A stretch of DNA of 64,000 nt from Octopus sinensis. Its lineage: Eukaryota. Location: positions 46,128,001 through 46,192,000 of the forward strand of contig NC_042997.1 of the NCBI RefSeq assembly GCF_006345805.1, in the 5' to 3' direction. Shown in pieces: positions 39,866-53,371 of this stretch. Position numbers and translations under genes: made by a program. Below the pieces are notes generated by a model. The model was given only the letters and a program-made list of their open reading frames with translations. It was not told where the DNA came from and did not search any database. The stretch's first letter is position 1; every line of letters starts with the position of its first letter.

Positions 39866-42800
39866 GGCTTGTCCTGTAAGGATAAGCAGTTCGTCATTGA
39901 AGTTCTTAATTTGCGTAGAACTTGTGTTGGTGATTGGTAGAGAAATTGAAAATGAAGATTTGCTGACTACAGTATGGAGTAGCTCTAAACTCAAGCGTAT
40001 GTTACAGTCCGAGGCAGTTGCCCGGCCTCAAGTTTTTATAAACTCTGGCGGGTTGTAAAGCATATTTTCTGATAGCAATTTCTTGTTTTCTATGTGTCCT
40101 AAGGTGGTGTGTTGTGTCTCGAAATGATCGGTCTCCGTAGGGTTGATGGTTACCAATGCCCTAAAATGTTGAAGGCTCACCCGCATGAACGTTGGCTACG
40201 TATACTGTGGATAAATATTTTTCTTACATGCATTATGAAACATATTTGAAACAATGCGTCTGTGACCTTGTAAGTGGAGAATGATGTTAAGTGATGTTTA
40301 AAGTAAGATACTATCCTTTAATATGGTTCAAAGTGCTCAAACATATGAATCGGGTTTTGCTTAAATCCTGCATCAGCTAATGATGAATGTTGAAGTACCT
40401 TCTGACTGCAGTTCCATGTTCACCCACACGCGGGCGCACACGCACATATCTACATATGCATATGTATGAAAAGACTTAATATTTACGGCGAATTTGAGAG
40501 CACTAATTAAATTGTGTGCCGTTTGTTTGAAACAATGTGGTACGAAATGCTTTTCCAGTTATGTTCAACAATAGTGTATTTTGTGTCGTCTATATAGAAA
40601 TCTATTTTTGAGGTCACTGTGAAGGGGCAGATTTGATGGAATTTGTTAAGGCAACGTGTAAATGATGCCGGGTTGTGAAGTCTAAAGAGTGAGCAGTTGT
40701 ATCATCTATGCAAGAGAGAGCATATACTTAGAAATGAAGGCGATAAGGAAATGAACGTGTGGAAAATCATAAATGTATAGATGTGTGCGTATGTGAAAAA
40801 GGTATAGCAAAACCTCGGAAGACACTAAATGGTTTAATAGTGTGAACCAACAGAAAATAGACAGCTGTAGCCCACAAGCTTGCTTAACGCAGCCAAGAGG
40901 CTCTGGAACGATAGTGGAAGCCATTGATAATATCATTGCATTCAGTAAACTTCTCATAAACGAAAGGGAACAGGTGCTTGACGTAGAATTTCAAAATTTA
41001 GTTTACTCAACAGATCTATGCTAGTGATCAGTAGAGATAGTTGAGTGTTTTTCCTCTCTGCTTTTTATGAATGAGTAAACGAATTTTTGTTTACCGGATA
41101 AACCTGTTTTCACTTTCATTCTTGGCGAATGAAATTCAGGACATTAATTTATCGATATTGTGTTTGTTTTGTGGAACTTAAATCTCCTTCTACTGCTTGG
41201 CAGAGTTAGCAGTAGTAACTTCGTTTCTTGGATTAATAGTGATCAGCCCAAAACATGTATTTCCAGCATAGGCATAAGGCTGTAGATTATTAGCAAAGAA
41301 GGAATTGGACAGTTTTCAAAGAAAATTAAATAAGTGTGCTGAAATGCTGCAGTAATAATGGATTCTTATTTGTTTCAAGGCCACCGAGTTATAGAAGAGG
41401 TGTGCAGCAGATTTTATTAAATACAGGACTTGACTGGTATTTATTTTATCGATTCCAGAGATAATTTGCTCTAGGAATGTAGAGAAACGAAATTAAATAA
41501 TTAGGTATTAATTTGCTACTTAACAATTTCTGCTGTTGAATTGCTTAATGTACTGGTAAGTAGAGCAGAATCAGCTGAATGGCTGCTAAAGGGGAAAACA
41601 ACATTAATTCTTTAAATGAAAAACATCGGAGGCCTCCCAAAGTAAAGTTCTATATGTTGCTTGCCAACAACATACAACACTATTACATCATCACTCAACA
41701 GCTGAGTAGTTAGTCATCTGGAGAGCAAATAGCATGTTAGCAGGGGAACAGAAAGGGTGGGAGGTGTTACTGAACAGCAAGAAGATCGGAATAAACCTTA
41801 GTTTTGCTTAGCTTGATTAGCAGAAAAGCTGGTAGCATATCACATTCTTGGATACTGAAGACACTACGAACGAATACAGACACTTTAATTCTAAAACAAG
41901 ATACTGGTCACACCATGTTAAAGTAGAAAACAAGCACAGAATAACTAATTCAACAAGAATAAGTGAATTACCTTTAAAAGTAGTAATGTGATAGAAGAAT
42001 TCTCCACTAAGTCATCGAAGATATAAAAATGTGTGTGAGGATTCACTAAAAATTTCCATTATACAAGACGTGTAGAAAACAGTTCATATTTTAAAAATCG
42101 GAGTAACAGAATTCATTTTGGTGACAACATTTTGTATATTGGAAAACGCCTTCTGGAGCTACGGCAATTTCAAGTTTCTTCAAAATGAAGTGAAATATGC
42201 AGCGAAATGCAATTTGGCTGAAAACGACGTTTTTTAAAAGCCTTTCAGCTTACAAACTAATCAAATTTGTAGTTTATTGCGTATTGTACAATAGACTCTT
42301 GAATCTGCAGATTTTGGCGAGAATTCCATTCGCAAATGTAGAGATTGACGAAAATGACTAAGCTAATTAATATCTCAGGTTCTGTAAGTAGCAAATTGAT
42401 GAAATTCGGTCTGCTAGTTACTCGTGCTAAGTTATAGCTTTTAGAACCACAACCAGTCAATATCTTATTAGCTATGCAAATTAACTAATCATACATTCAA
42501 ATCACAGATATGCAAATAAGATACTATGATTTTTCAAATTTTCAAATGGTTTAGATCCTTCAATAAAGCTGTTGCATGTCTTACCATATTTGGAAACAAG
42601 TATATTGTATCTGCCACTGCTAAACTTCATTTTCAATAACATGTAAATAATACAACAAAAACCAATTGTTGTTGTCCATTTTCTTATGTGCTACTTCCTT
42701 TTAAAAAAATTTCTGAGTACAGTAGATTGTCTAGATTTTGTGGGTTCAAAATAAATGCTCACTTTCTATTTCTAATTAATGTAAAACAAAAGAAAAAAAG

Positions 42801-43881
42801 GAACTTATATGCAAATGTCAAAGGTGTTACACGCATGAATAGAATACCTATCTATTAAGAATAACTGCCTAGAATACTCCAATTTGCATATACGTGTTTG
42901 TTATAGTAAAAGAAACTGATTAGTATGTTTTCTGTACATGAGAGATTTATGATTTTGTTAAGTTTTTATGTGGTCTGGGGCTACAAAAACTAAAGGAAAT
43001 TATAAAACGCAAAAAATAATTGCACGGTTCCCAACTTTAAACAATGGATAAAAAAAATTAAAGGATGCACATTGGTGAATTAGTGAAAAATATAAATTAG
43101 AATCTAAATTGGCTGCAACACGTGACATCTCCATACCAAATTTGTGAACAGTGATATGTATATAAAACATGTGTGCTTGTGTGTGTGTGTATGTGTGTGT
43201 GTTTGTGCGCGTGCGTGCGTGTGGATGTGTGTATCTGAGCGTGTGTTTACTTGTGTTTGAGTATGCGTGTCTTTGTACACATGTATACGTGTGACAGGTT
43301 TCACTTGCAAGAGACAAATTAATTAAAGCCGGTAACTCTATTTAGACTCAAATACCAAATCAAAGAATCAGACCAGAATAATCCTTAGAAATTCTTGCCA
43401 GTCTATTACGCAAATTACTCAACATATTGGAAAAGAGTACTGCAGAGGAGTCACATTGAATAAAATGCCAGAAATAATGCTGGAAATAAGATAATAGTTA
43501 TAAGCACACCAGTAATTTAAAGAAGCTTGAGCTGTAACAAGATATACTGGGATTTATGGAAGTGGAAGAACTTACTCAGACAAACTAGGAAACATCTGCC
43601 AGCTTTTCTGAAGCTACCATTTCAAGGCTGATAAGGATAGAATGTATCAACTCCACAGACAGAAAGGAAAGAATCTTATACATGTAGGGAGATACACTAA
43701 AAGAAGCAACAGTAGTACTAGATAATACTTAGAAGCCAACAAAGGAAAGTGGATTAGAGTAATACGTGAACGAAGAACGTATGAAAAGAAAAAGTATTTC
43801 AATATTTTCTCTATGTATAAGGAAGTAACAGTGTAAACAGTGGAAACTAGTGACACTGAAGAAAAATATTACAAAATATTT

Positions 43882-44298
43882 AAGGCGGTGAGTTGGCAGA
43901 AACGTTAGCATGCCGGGCGGAATGCGTAGCGGTATTTCGTCTGCCGCTACGTTCTGAGTTCAAATTCCGCCGAGGTCGACTTTACCTTTCATCCTATCGG
44001 GGTCGATAAATAAAGTACAAGTTTCGCCCTGGCGGCGATATAATCGACTTAATCCCTTTGTCTGTCCTTGTTTGTCCTCTCTGTGTTTAGCCCCTTGTGG
44101 GTAGTAAAGAAATAGGTATTTCGTCAGCCGTTACGTTGTGAGTTCAAATTCCGCCAAGGTCGACTTTGCCTTTCATCCTTTCGGGGTCGATAAATTAAGT
44201 ACCAGTTACGCACTGGGGTCGATGTAATCGACTTAATCCTTTTGTCTGTCCTTGTTTGTCCCCTCTATGTTTAGCCCCTTCTGGGCAATAAAGAAATA
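43882..44298 (+). mobile_element. Meta-domain-like SINE: one head plus two bodies, single 20-bp TSD
   Basis: TSD agaaaaatattacaaaatat at 43860-43879 and 44299-44318. Confidence 0.93.
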
Positions 44299-44843
44299 AG
44301 AAAAATATTACAAAATATACTAAAGAAAAAGAAATGAAAAGAGGAAATCCTCTGTGGTCAATACCAGTTAGAATAAAAGTAGACCAGAATGAATGCATGC
44401 AATGACTCAAAAGCGTTGAACAAAAAGCAGAAAGAGAAGGTTTGATTTTTGATTAGAACTAATGAGTAGTCAGAAAATCTAGGAAATTATTAAAAGCAAA
44501 ACGTTGCTAAAAAGTGCGGCCCATCTAAAGAGCAAAATGAGACCATATACTTTCCAGGCCCCCTGTCATTGCCAAGCGAGAATATATTCAAGTCGGTAGC
44601 TATGTTTCTTCGGTAATATACAAATACACAGACATAAATAATTGCATAACCGTGCACTAAATAATCTACATTTCAGCGGACTAGCTACGGTTACCTGGGA
44701 CGGTTATCACAGTAGCAAAAAGATGAAGAAAAACCGACTAGATATAATTACTAAGGATTGAAGCAAAGGTGTATTTGCTTTTAGAGATGTCAATCTTTGT
44801 ATTATCGACATCCAGGGATACACGCATGCTATTATCGACATAC

Positions 44844-44930
44844 CATCCGCTAATGCACTGCGGAGTGCAAAGACCATTGTTCCAACGACAGTAATGTCCA
44901 GTTGATCAACTGACCACATTCCAGCTTCCT
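44844..44930 (-). CDS. Candidate 87-nt symmetric internal exon (EAGMWSVDQLDITVVGTMVFALRSALAD), unverified
   Basis: ttacatag| acceptor, G|GTATGT donor and a single open frame. Weak polypyrimidine tract. Confidence 0.2.
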
Positions 44931-46291
44931 CTATGTAACATATACTTTTTATCGAGCACAGCAGCTATGTCAATATTTTAAGCTATAGAAAATCCTTTAT
45001 TACGAATGAATGTCACGCCTGATTTTCTTTTAACAATATTTGTCGACGCCACAATATCAATAATGAAGTTATGTGGCTGATATAAGGTGTAGATGATAGT
45101 ACCAGATAAAACAGTATCTGATTAACGATATTTTTGACTTCCATAAAATGTTTAAAAGCAAAGCTTTAGTTTGGTTAGATATTGTATGCTTTCAGAAACC
45201 TGTCAGTTTTTAGTTTACAATCATTGAAATGTGGATATGCTGACCCTTTCAGCCCTCTTTTTCAGGGACAGATTCTGTTTGTACCTTTCAGGTATGACCC
45301 AACACCTTTCCTTGTCAGGATACTGTCGTTTTTGTTTTTCAGTATATGTGTAAGGGACGAACTAGACATCAAGCAAATGAATTTGCGCCATGTTAATTTT
45401 GGAGTTGGCTGCTTTTCAAATTGTCAGGTGCATATACACTGTTCAAAATGCTCATCTATTACAGTTGAGCCCCAAATGCAATTATGTAAAAAGAGCAACA
45501 ATGGTTGTAACGGCTGAACACAACATTTCCAATAAGTGACATTTTAGGTGGACTAAGGAACAAATAATATTGCAAAGGTGGACACCTGATGCTCAAAGCC
45601 GACTGCCTTTAACACAACCACCAAACTTCAATAGCCTTCTCTGTTTAATCTTTCGATTGATTCAAATTGATCAAGGCTTCACCGAACGAATCCAAATGTA
45701 GCGCATGCATATTACTCAGCACTTGTTCGCTTTAATTGTTTCTTTAGTAGTAATTTCTTTGATAAAGTTTGAATTTCTTTCAAATACTTCATTATAACTA
45801 AAGTTATTCTATTAACTAAACCGTCTAGTTCACTGTGACTTTAGTTAAATTATTCTTGCATAATCTCTCATTTGAAACATTTATTAATTATTTTTCTTCA
45901 TCTTATTTTATTCTCATAATCGAACATTCTTTGTCTATTTTAATTAAAGTGAAAGTTTAGGCTCCATATTGCTGCCATTTTTGTGTTACATTTTCCCTGA
46001 TGTTATTAGTTATATTCATTTGATCGTAATTTTTACACTGAAGATAGAAAGACCAATCATTTATGATTCTTAATATCATTAGATATATTGCTAAATATCA
46101 TATTAAGCAATTCTAATCTCTCTATCTCTTCTCATATATCCATTAAGCTTTCGCTTTTTCGCTTTTATAGCTATATATGTATGTATACATGAAGTTACGT
46201 AAGCATGTATGTACGCACATATATATATATGAATACATAATTACACACACACATACACACACACACACACATGTATACGCTCATGTATATT

Positions 46292-46336
<45 letters not shown>

Positions 46337-46389
46337 AGCCTCATCCACATATTAATGAACATGTAACATTGTACACTACTCTGTTTTTA

Positions 46390-46396
46390 TGTATTG

Positions 46397-46476
<80 letters not shown>

Positions 46477-46571
46477 TCCTCTCCCCCTTTTTTTTTTTTA
46501 TTTTTTTTACCCCCCTTTTTTTTTGTCCTCTTTCTCTCCTTTTACGATCCCTTTTGATCGAAACTCCCCCT

Positions 46572-46605
<34 letters not shown>

Positions 46606-46699
46606 CTTCAAAAGAAAAGCTCTGCCTTGTAATTTGTTCTATCTGTGTGCAGCCCTGTGTGGCTAATAAAGAAACATATCTATCTGTTTATCTATATAA

Positions 46700-46743
<44 letters not shown>

Positions 46744-46802
46744 TTATCTATCTGTTTATCTATATAACTATCTATCTATCTATCTATCTATTTATCTATC
46801 TA

Positions 46803-46849
<47 letters not shown>

Positions 46850-46860
46850 TTATCTATCTA

Positions 46861-46921
<61 letters not shown>

Positions 46922-46925
46922 GTGT
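46390..46925. repeat. (TATC)n array interrupted by a LINE 3' end
   Basis: Direct inspection. Confidence 0.95.
46474..46675 (+). mobile_element. 3' UTR-only copy of the Tx1/L1-like LINE, inside (TATC)n
   Basis: Matches 14620-14757 (ttttacga.ccc..ttgatcgaaa; aaagctct..tttgtaat.tgt...gccc.gtgtggctaataaa). Confidence 0.85.
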
Positions 46926-47847
46926 GCCACATCACTCACAATTCCCTTGCCATCTATCACGTTCTCATTATTTTTCTGTCTTTTTTTCTTCTTTCAAATT
47001 CATTCTTCCCTCTTTTATTTGAAACATCAATCAATCTGCATCACTTATCTTTCCTTTCTCCTCATACGTCCTGTCCTGCTTCCTACCACATTTTTCTCTC
47101 TCTCTCTCTCTGACGTCACCTCTCCCTCTCTCATCTTTCTTTTTCTCTCTCTCCCTCGTATTTCCCTCTCTCTCGTCTCTCTCTCTCTCTCTTTCACTTC
47201 CTCTCTCGTTCGCTGTCTGCCTCTATAATTCTCTCGTTATTTGCCCTATCTTAACCCGGAGCAGCTTACGAAAATATCAAATTAACACCTAGTCGCCGGA
47301 TTTGAACAGCTCTGGCCTTCTATTCTCTTCATTATTCATGTATTACATTGTTTGAATTCAGTACGTTATTCTTCCCCGCCCAACGCCAACAATTCTCTCA
47401 GACCATTTCGAATGTGACCGATTCCCCTCCATGTTCTTAACTTGTCGACTTAATGTCGTTCAACTTACATTAGATAATTGGTTTCCATCGATTGTAAAAG
47501 CTTAAACTGAATGGCACCTTTCAAAGTATTATACTTACTAAGATTACAGCGGTATCCAGAGAACATCACTAGGGTTGGGTTCACAATAGATTCTTTAGCA
47601 TCAAATCCTACGTGTAAGGCCACTTGGCCCGGTGTCATGATAAATTTTTTTCCCTAAATTTCGTGAAAGCCGTTAGCTCTGTAATGTCTCTTACAACTGT
47701 CCAGTCTACAGGACATGTAAAGACAAACATATACATATATGCTTGCATGTACATATGAAGTTTTCATATATATATAGTTGTCTATGTTTCTATGCATCCG
47801 TTCATCTATTCACCATTCCTTCTGTCTGTCTGTATGTCTGTCTGTCC

Positions 47848-47908
<61 letters not shown>

Positions 47909-47918
47909 CCTACCTATA

Positions 47919-47955
<37 letters not shown>

Positions 47956-48252
47956 GTTTGTCTCTATATATTCGTCGATTATTTATATATGTATGTATCT
48001 ATGCATGTATATGCCAATATATATATATATATATATATAATATATATATATATATGTATATGTATATGTATATATATGTACATGTATATATTTATATGTG
48101 TGTGTGTGTATATATATATGTATATATATGTGTGTGTATATATGCTTGTATATATATATATATATATAAGTAAATTTTTTTTCAAAATGTAATCACATGT
48201 GAATCGTTGGCGATTTCCTTCCCCTATCTTCCTTTCTATTAGACTTTCCTCT

Positions 48253-48287
48253 GTTTCTGAAGAAGAGCTTTACTCGAAACATTAAAC
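48253..48287 (+). ncRNA. Minimal type-I hammerhead ribozyme motif (PLE-type) in a ~190-bp repeat (48185-48370)
   Basis: GTTT-CTGAAGA-A-GAG(cttta)CTC-GAAAC-ATT-AAAC. Stem I is GUUU/AAAC. G16.2 is replaced by A in this copy. Confidence 0.65.
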
Positions 48288-48384
48288 CATCTTTCCTTCC
48301 TTCCCTGAGCGTCTGCTAATACTTTACATGTACCACGTCCTCGCGTTGTTGTTTTTTGTATTTGTTCTCTTTTTGGATTTATTG

Positions 48385-48426
<42 letters not shown>

Positions 48427-48771
48427 GTGTGTGTGTGTGTGTGTGTGAGTAGCAACAGTAAATAATTCTTTATCATTACGCTTTCTAGCAACTCACGCAA
48501 AGTTAAAATACATGTGTATGTGTAAAGATACATATATACATGCATACTTACATATATAAGACGTAAATATACTTTCATACATACGTACATGCATGCATAC
48601 ATACATGCATACATGCATACATTCATTCATTCATACGTACATACATACATACATATATACATACATACATACATATATACATATACACACACGAATATAG
48701 ATAAAATTATAGATATAAGTAAATAGATGATGTGTACGTATATATATATATACCTATATATTTACATGCGT

Positions 48772-48840
<69 letters not shown>

Positions 48841-49079
48841 GTGTGTGTGTGTGTGTGGTGTGTGTGTGTGTGTGTAGAGTGAGAGAGAGAGAGATGCATA
48901 TATGCACATGTATATATTTATTAAGCATTTATGCTTGTCAATAGGAACAAGAATTATAAAATATTATTGATAACCATCAACATCCACAACAAACAAGATA
49001 AAAGTGTAATTTCGATACGGCTGAATGAATAAAAATGTCATGATATTTCGATTTTTGGGGGCTTCAAATGATGAGATAT

Positions 49080-49163
<84 letters not shown>

Positions 49164-49176
49164 TTTAGATTGATAG

Positions 49177-49213
<37 letters not shown>

Positions 49214-49261
49214 AAGAGAAGTAAGAAAGAGAAAAAAATTGGGAGGAGAGAGTAACGAAAA

Positions 49262-49300
49262 GAAAGTGACGCGGTCACGTGTTTAAGTGAGGCGGAAGTA
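49262..49300. promoter_or_regulatory. Candidate housekeeping-type promoter motif cluster
   Basis: GTGACG (49266), GTCACGTG E-box/CLEAR-like (49274) and GGCGGAAGT ETS-like (49291) within 35 bp, at the start of a CpG-richer stretch. Confidence 0.35.
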
Positions 49301-49578
49301 TGCTAGTAGTGCGCCTTGAGCGCCACCCTGATTCTAAGTTTTCTCTCTCTATCGAATCTGTCGTTAGCTATTCTTCTTTTTCCCTAAACACTTGTCCCGC
49401 TTCACGCTTTCCCAAATCTGCGCTCCCGCTCGCAGTGCTCTCCAAACTCGTCCCTTTCTTCCAGTTGCTCTCGTGCCCTAACAAATTCTCACACCCTTTT
49501 CGTCCATCAATATAAGATCCGCCCGTTCTACTTTCTTGCCTATAATAAAAACTACAACTCTACCTTCTTTTCAATACT

Positions 49579-49810
49579 TATTTCTTTATTACCCACAAGG
49601 GGCTAAACACAGAGGGGACAAACAAGGACAGACAAAGGGATTAAATCGATTACATCGACCCCAGTGCGTAACTGGTACTTAATTTATCGACCCCGAAAGG
49701 ATGAAAGGCAAAGTCGACCTCGGCGGAATTTGAACTCACAACGTAACGCAGACGAAATACCGCTAAGTATTTCGCCCGGCGTGCTAACGTTTCTGCCAGC
49801 TCGCCGCCTT
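49579..49810 (-). mobile_element. Meta-domain-like SINE monomer with TSD
   Basis: Head plus one body with tail A. cttttcaatact is repeated at 49567-49578 and 49811-49822. Confidence 0.9.
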
Positions 49811-50578
49811 CTTTTCAATACTACTTGCTCTTTAACTACTACAATAGCCTAACCCAACCTAGTTCCCTTCACACCTGCCTCACCAAACTCAGCTCAATTT
49901 CTCCTCGTATCCCTACACTTTCTCCTCTCACATCCATCACCCGTACAACCACTCATGTTATATATATCACAGTCATATAACCACTGATCGAACTGTTGTT
50001 ATTTCACCATCTCTGTCCCTATTTCAGACATGTCCTGATGTCGAACGATACCTACTTTATACTGTCTCCTCATTTCCCTCGTTCTCTAGCAACAAAGTAC
50101 CTCAGATACCATTGCGGATCTTTTCCGTCCCACTCTACGTGGTCCTGATCAGCTGAGCATACTAGGAGTTTTTGGTGACTGACGCCACCATTCTGTTAAC
50201 TACTTCGACTTTCCAAAGTGTGCTCAACATCTCAATATTTTCAAGAGCGGGGAAGCACGTATATCGCATATTATTACTTACCCGTCGTTGACGTTGAGTC
50301 AGATTTGAGATTGAGCCAACAGCCTAAGAACAGTACGGGAATGCTGGCCCCCATTGATCTACCCAATTTCAGCCTGCAAACCTATGAATCTAACCCTACG
50401 ACCGCCGCTTTATCGCGATTAGCAGCAACTCCAGCGAACACATTTCTACATATCTCGATTGTCCAATTTCCTCCCTTCCATCCCGTAACCACGATGCTAA
50501 TAAGTAAAATCTTTCAGCTTTTTCTAGTTTCCCTCTGCTTCATCCCGTTCGCCCACACACACATTCTCTCTCTCTCTC

Positions 50579-50623
<45 letters not shown>

Positions 50624-50740
50624 CCACTACTTATTATCTCCCCTGCTGCCTAACTCTCCTGTGTTATCCCTCTTCTGGCATTTGCCACGTTAGATCGCTA
50701 GCCACTACACATTCTTTATTTTCTCTCCTTTTTTCTTTCT

Positions 50741-50784
50741 GTGTTTCTGTCTGTGGAAGAGCGTAGGCTCGAAACGTTAAAGAC
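50741..50784 (+). ncRNA. Minimal hammerhead-like motif with variant core
   Basis: CTGTGGA-A-GAGC(gtag)GCTC-GAAACGTT: perfect 4-bp stem II and palindromic stem III, but core position A6 is U. Confidence 0.55.
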
Positions 50785-50918
50785 TTTTTCACTTCCCGAA
50801 CATTAAACTAATCCATCTGCTTGTTATCTACACCTACTGCCTACGTCTTTTGTTTTTTTTTTGGCGAATTCTCCATATATATATATATATATTATATATA
50901 TATATATTATATATATAT

Positions 50919-50951
<33 letters not shown>

Positions 50952-50952
50952 A

Positions 50953-50998
<46 letters not shown>

Positions 50999-51389
50999 CA
51001 TACAGTCTCATAATTTTCAAAAATGACCATCTCATCGGTTTTAAACCTTTCAGAAGTGATGTATGATTTGTGTGTGATGTAGTCGCTTTGCATTTACCCT
51101 ATTGATGTTGAAAAGTTAATTATATTACTAAACTTCACGAAACATTTGGTAGCTGTCAGCACTAAAGTACCCGTTGAACGCTTTATCTTTGTTGGTGTTT
51201 AATTCGTAGTCATCCCCGATTCCTCAGGATTCTAATCAATCGCCTTCAATCGATGACGGTGCTGTCTTTTTAGCTATGTAAAAGAATGTATACTCATGTT
51301 TAAGGCAGCTGGAAGTGATGTGAGCGTGATATGGCTGCTATATAATAGCAAGCAGAGTGAGCGACCCTGTAGGGGTTCTGTCATTTGCA

Positions 51390-51690
51390 CAGCTTACTGC
51401 TTACCAAGTCATAAGCATGCCTTCTTTTTCTCTTTTAATCATCAGTATGAAGCTAAAAGTGTATATTGGGTACTGTATTTGCAAACTCCTTGCCTGTAAT
51501 CTATAGATGTCCTCTTTCTCTTGTATTTTTCTCAACCACATTGGTGCCCAGATGGCAGCTGATTTCCACAACATTCCTTTGTGGTCCCACACGATGATAT
51601 CTGGCCAGTTGTGTTTTAATTTGGTGGCTGTTTTGATTTTTAAGTTCTACTAATATTCTTTTACTCCATTGGACTCAATATCGACAGCTT
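51390..51690 (-). mobile_element. RLE-type LINE endonuclease fragment (third family)
   Basis: KEY**NLKIKTATKLKHNWPDIIVWD...KIQEKEDIY...LQIQYPIYTFSFI matches the HNRPD-type RLE layout. Confidence 0.6.
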
Positions 51691-51970
51691 TATGTATGTA
51701 TATATGTATGTACGTTATTTTTCTCTTTTTTACTTTAGAATATATTTTGAACGACCACCTGCTGAGTTGCAAGGTTGTGAGGGAAAGAATTTTGTTTTGC
51801 TCATCATCTCTTAAATCTTATGTAAGTCTTGCAGATTTTTAAAGTCTTAAATAGCTTGATCCGAATTTGGCAAGTGTTCCTCTTGCACACACACACACAC
51901 ATATATATATATATGCATATATATCTATTTATACATATATGCATATATACATACGTACATACATACATAT

Positions 51971-52177
51971 CTCTTTCTTTTACTTGTTACAGTCATTTGA
52001 CTGCGGCCATGCTGGAGCACAGCCCTTTAATCGAGCAACTCGACCCCGGGACTTATTCTTTTGTAAGCCCAGTACTTATTCTATCGGTCTCTGTTGCCGA
52101 ACCGCTAAGTGACGGGGACATAAACACACCAGCATCGGTTGTCAAGCAATGCTAGGGGGACAAACACAGACACACAA

Positions 52178-52263
<86 letters not shown>

Positions 52264-52418
52264 TACGACGCTTTTAATTTCCGTCTACCAAATCCACTCA
52301 CAAGGCTTTGGTCGGCCCGAGGCTATAGCAGAAGACACTCGCCCAAGGTGGCACGCAGTGGGACTGAACCCGGAACCATGTGGTTGGTAAATAAGCTATT
52401 TACCACACAGCCACTCCT
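51971..52418 (-). mobile_element. Full-length tRNA SINE with internal (CA/TA)n
   Basis: Same family as 22063-22527. Confidence 0.88.
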
Positions 52419-52986
52419 GGGAGTGTGTGTGCTTATGTGTGTGTGAACACATATACAGTCTTGTATGCTTACGCATGCAGTCAAATACATGTGCAGACTC
52501 ATTTCTTTTACTGCAGCGTATCTGCCTGTCACTTCATGCTTCCTTTCAGGCTTATGGGATCGATGCAGTTGAAGATTAAACTTTAATCATGCATAAATCG
52601 ATGAAGAAATGGACGAAGTGTTTAATCCTGGGCGTGTGACTTTTGAAGGTGGCAAAAGTAAAAGAGGTTGGTGCGACAGATTGCCTGAAGTTGTTGTTGA
52701 GTAAGACAACCAGTTTAAAGAGTACTGTACTGAACCTATAAAGAGTCGGATTCATGTCGAAGTATTTTCATAAATGATTTTTTCGTCTCTCAGTCAGACG
52801 ATTCGCTTTTTGCTATATTGTTGAAGGTTTGTTTGTGTCGGTTTGCACTGTTGCACATGTAGGCACAATATGTCATTGTAGGGAGTCAGCAGATGTAAGA
52901 ATCTGATGTGTGTCGTTTTATGAATTTGACAATGTCAGGAATAATTCACAAGGTTGATATTCCTGTATTCTTTTATATGTTTCAGA

Positions 52987-53371
52987 GTGGAGGCGCAATG
53001 GCCCAGTGGTTAGGGCAGCGGACTCGCGGTCGTAGGATCGTGGTTTCGATTCCCAGACCGGGCGTTGTGAGTGTTTATTGAGCGAAAACACCTAAAAGCT
53101 CCACGAGGCTCCGGCAGGGGATGGTGGTGATCCCTGCTGTACTCTTTCACCACAACTTTCTCTCATTCTTACTTCCTGTTTCTGTTGTACCTGTATTTCA
53201 AGGAGCCGGCCTTGTCACTATCTGTGTCACGCTGAATATCCCCGAGAACTACGTTAAGGGTACACGTGTCTGTGGAATGCTCAGCCACTTACACGTTAAT
53301 TTCACGAAGAGGCTGTTCCGTTGATCGGATCAACCGGAACCCTCGTCGTCGTAACCGACGGAGTGCTTCCA
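52987..53371 (+). mobile_element. tRNA(Arg)-like-headed SINE (head A, tail X)
   Basis: Near-identical to 11109-11492. Degenerate ttatatgtt..aga flanking repeat. Confidence 0.88.

Noticed and set aside
44820-44900. CRWNNGLCTPQCISGWY, resembling an EGF/MEGF repeat (minus strand)
   Set aside because: That frame has a stop just upstream and lacks the remaining cysteines.
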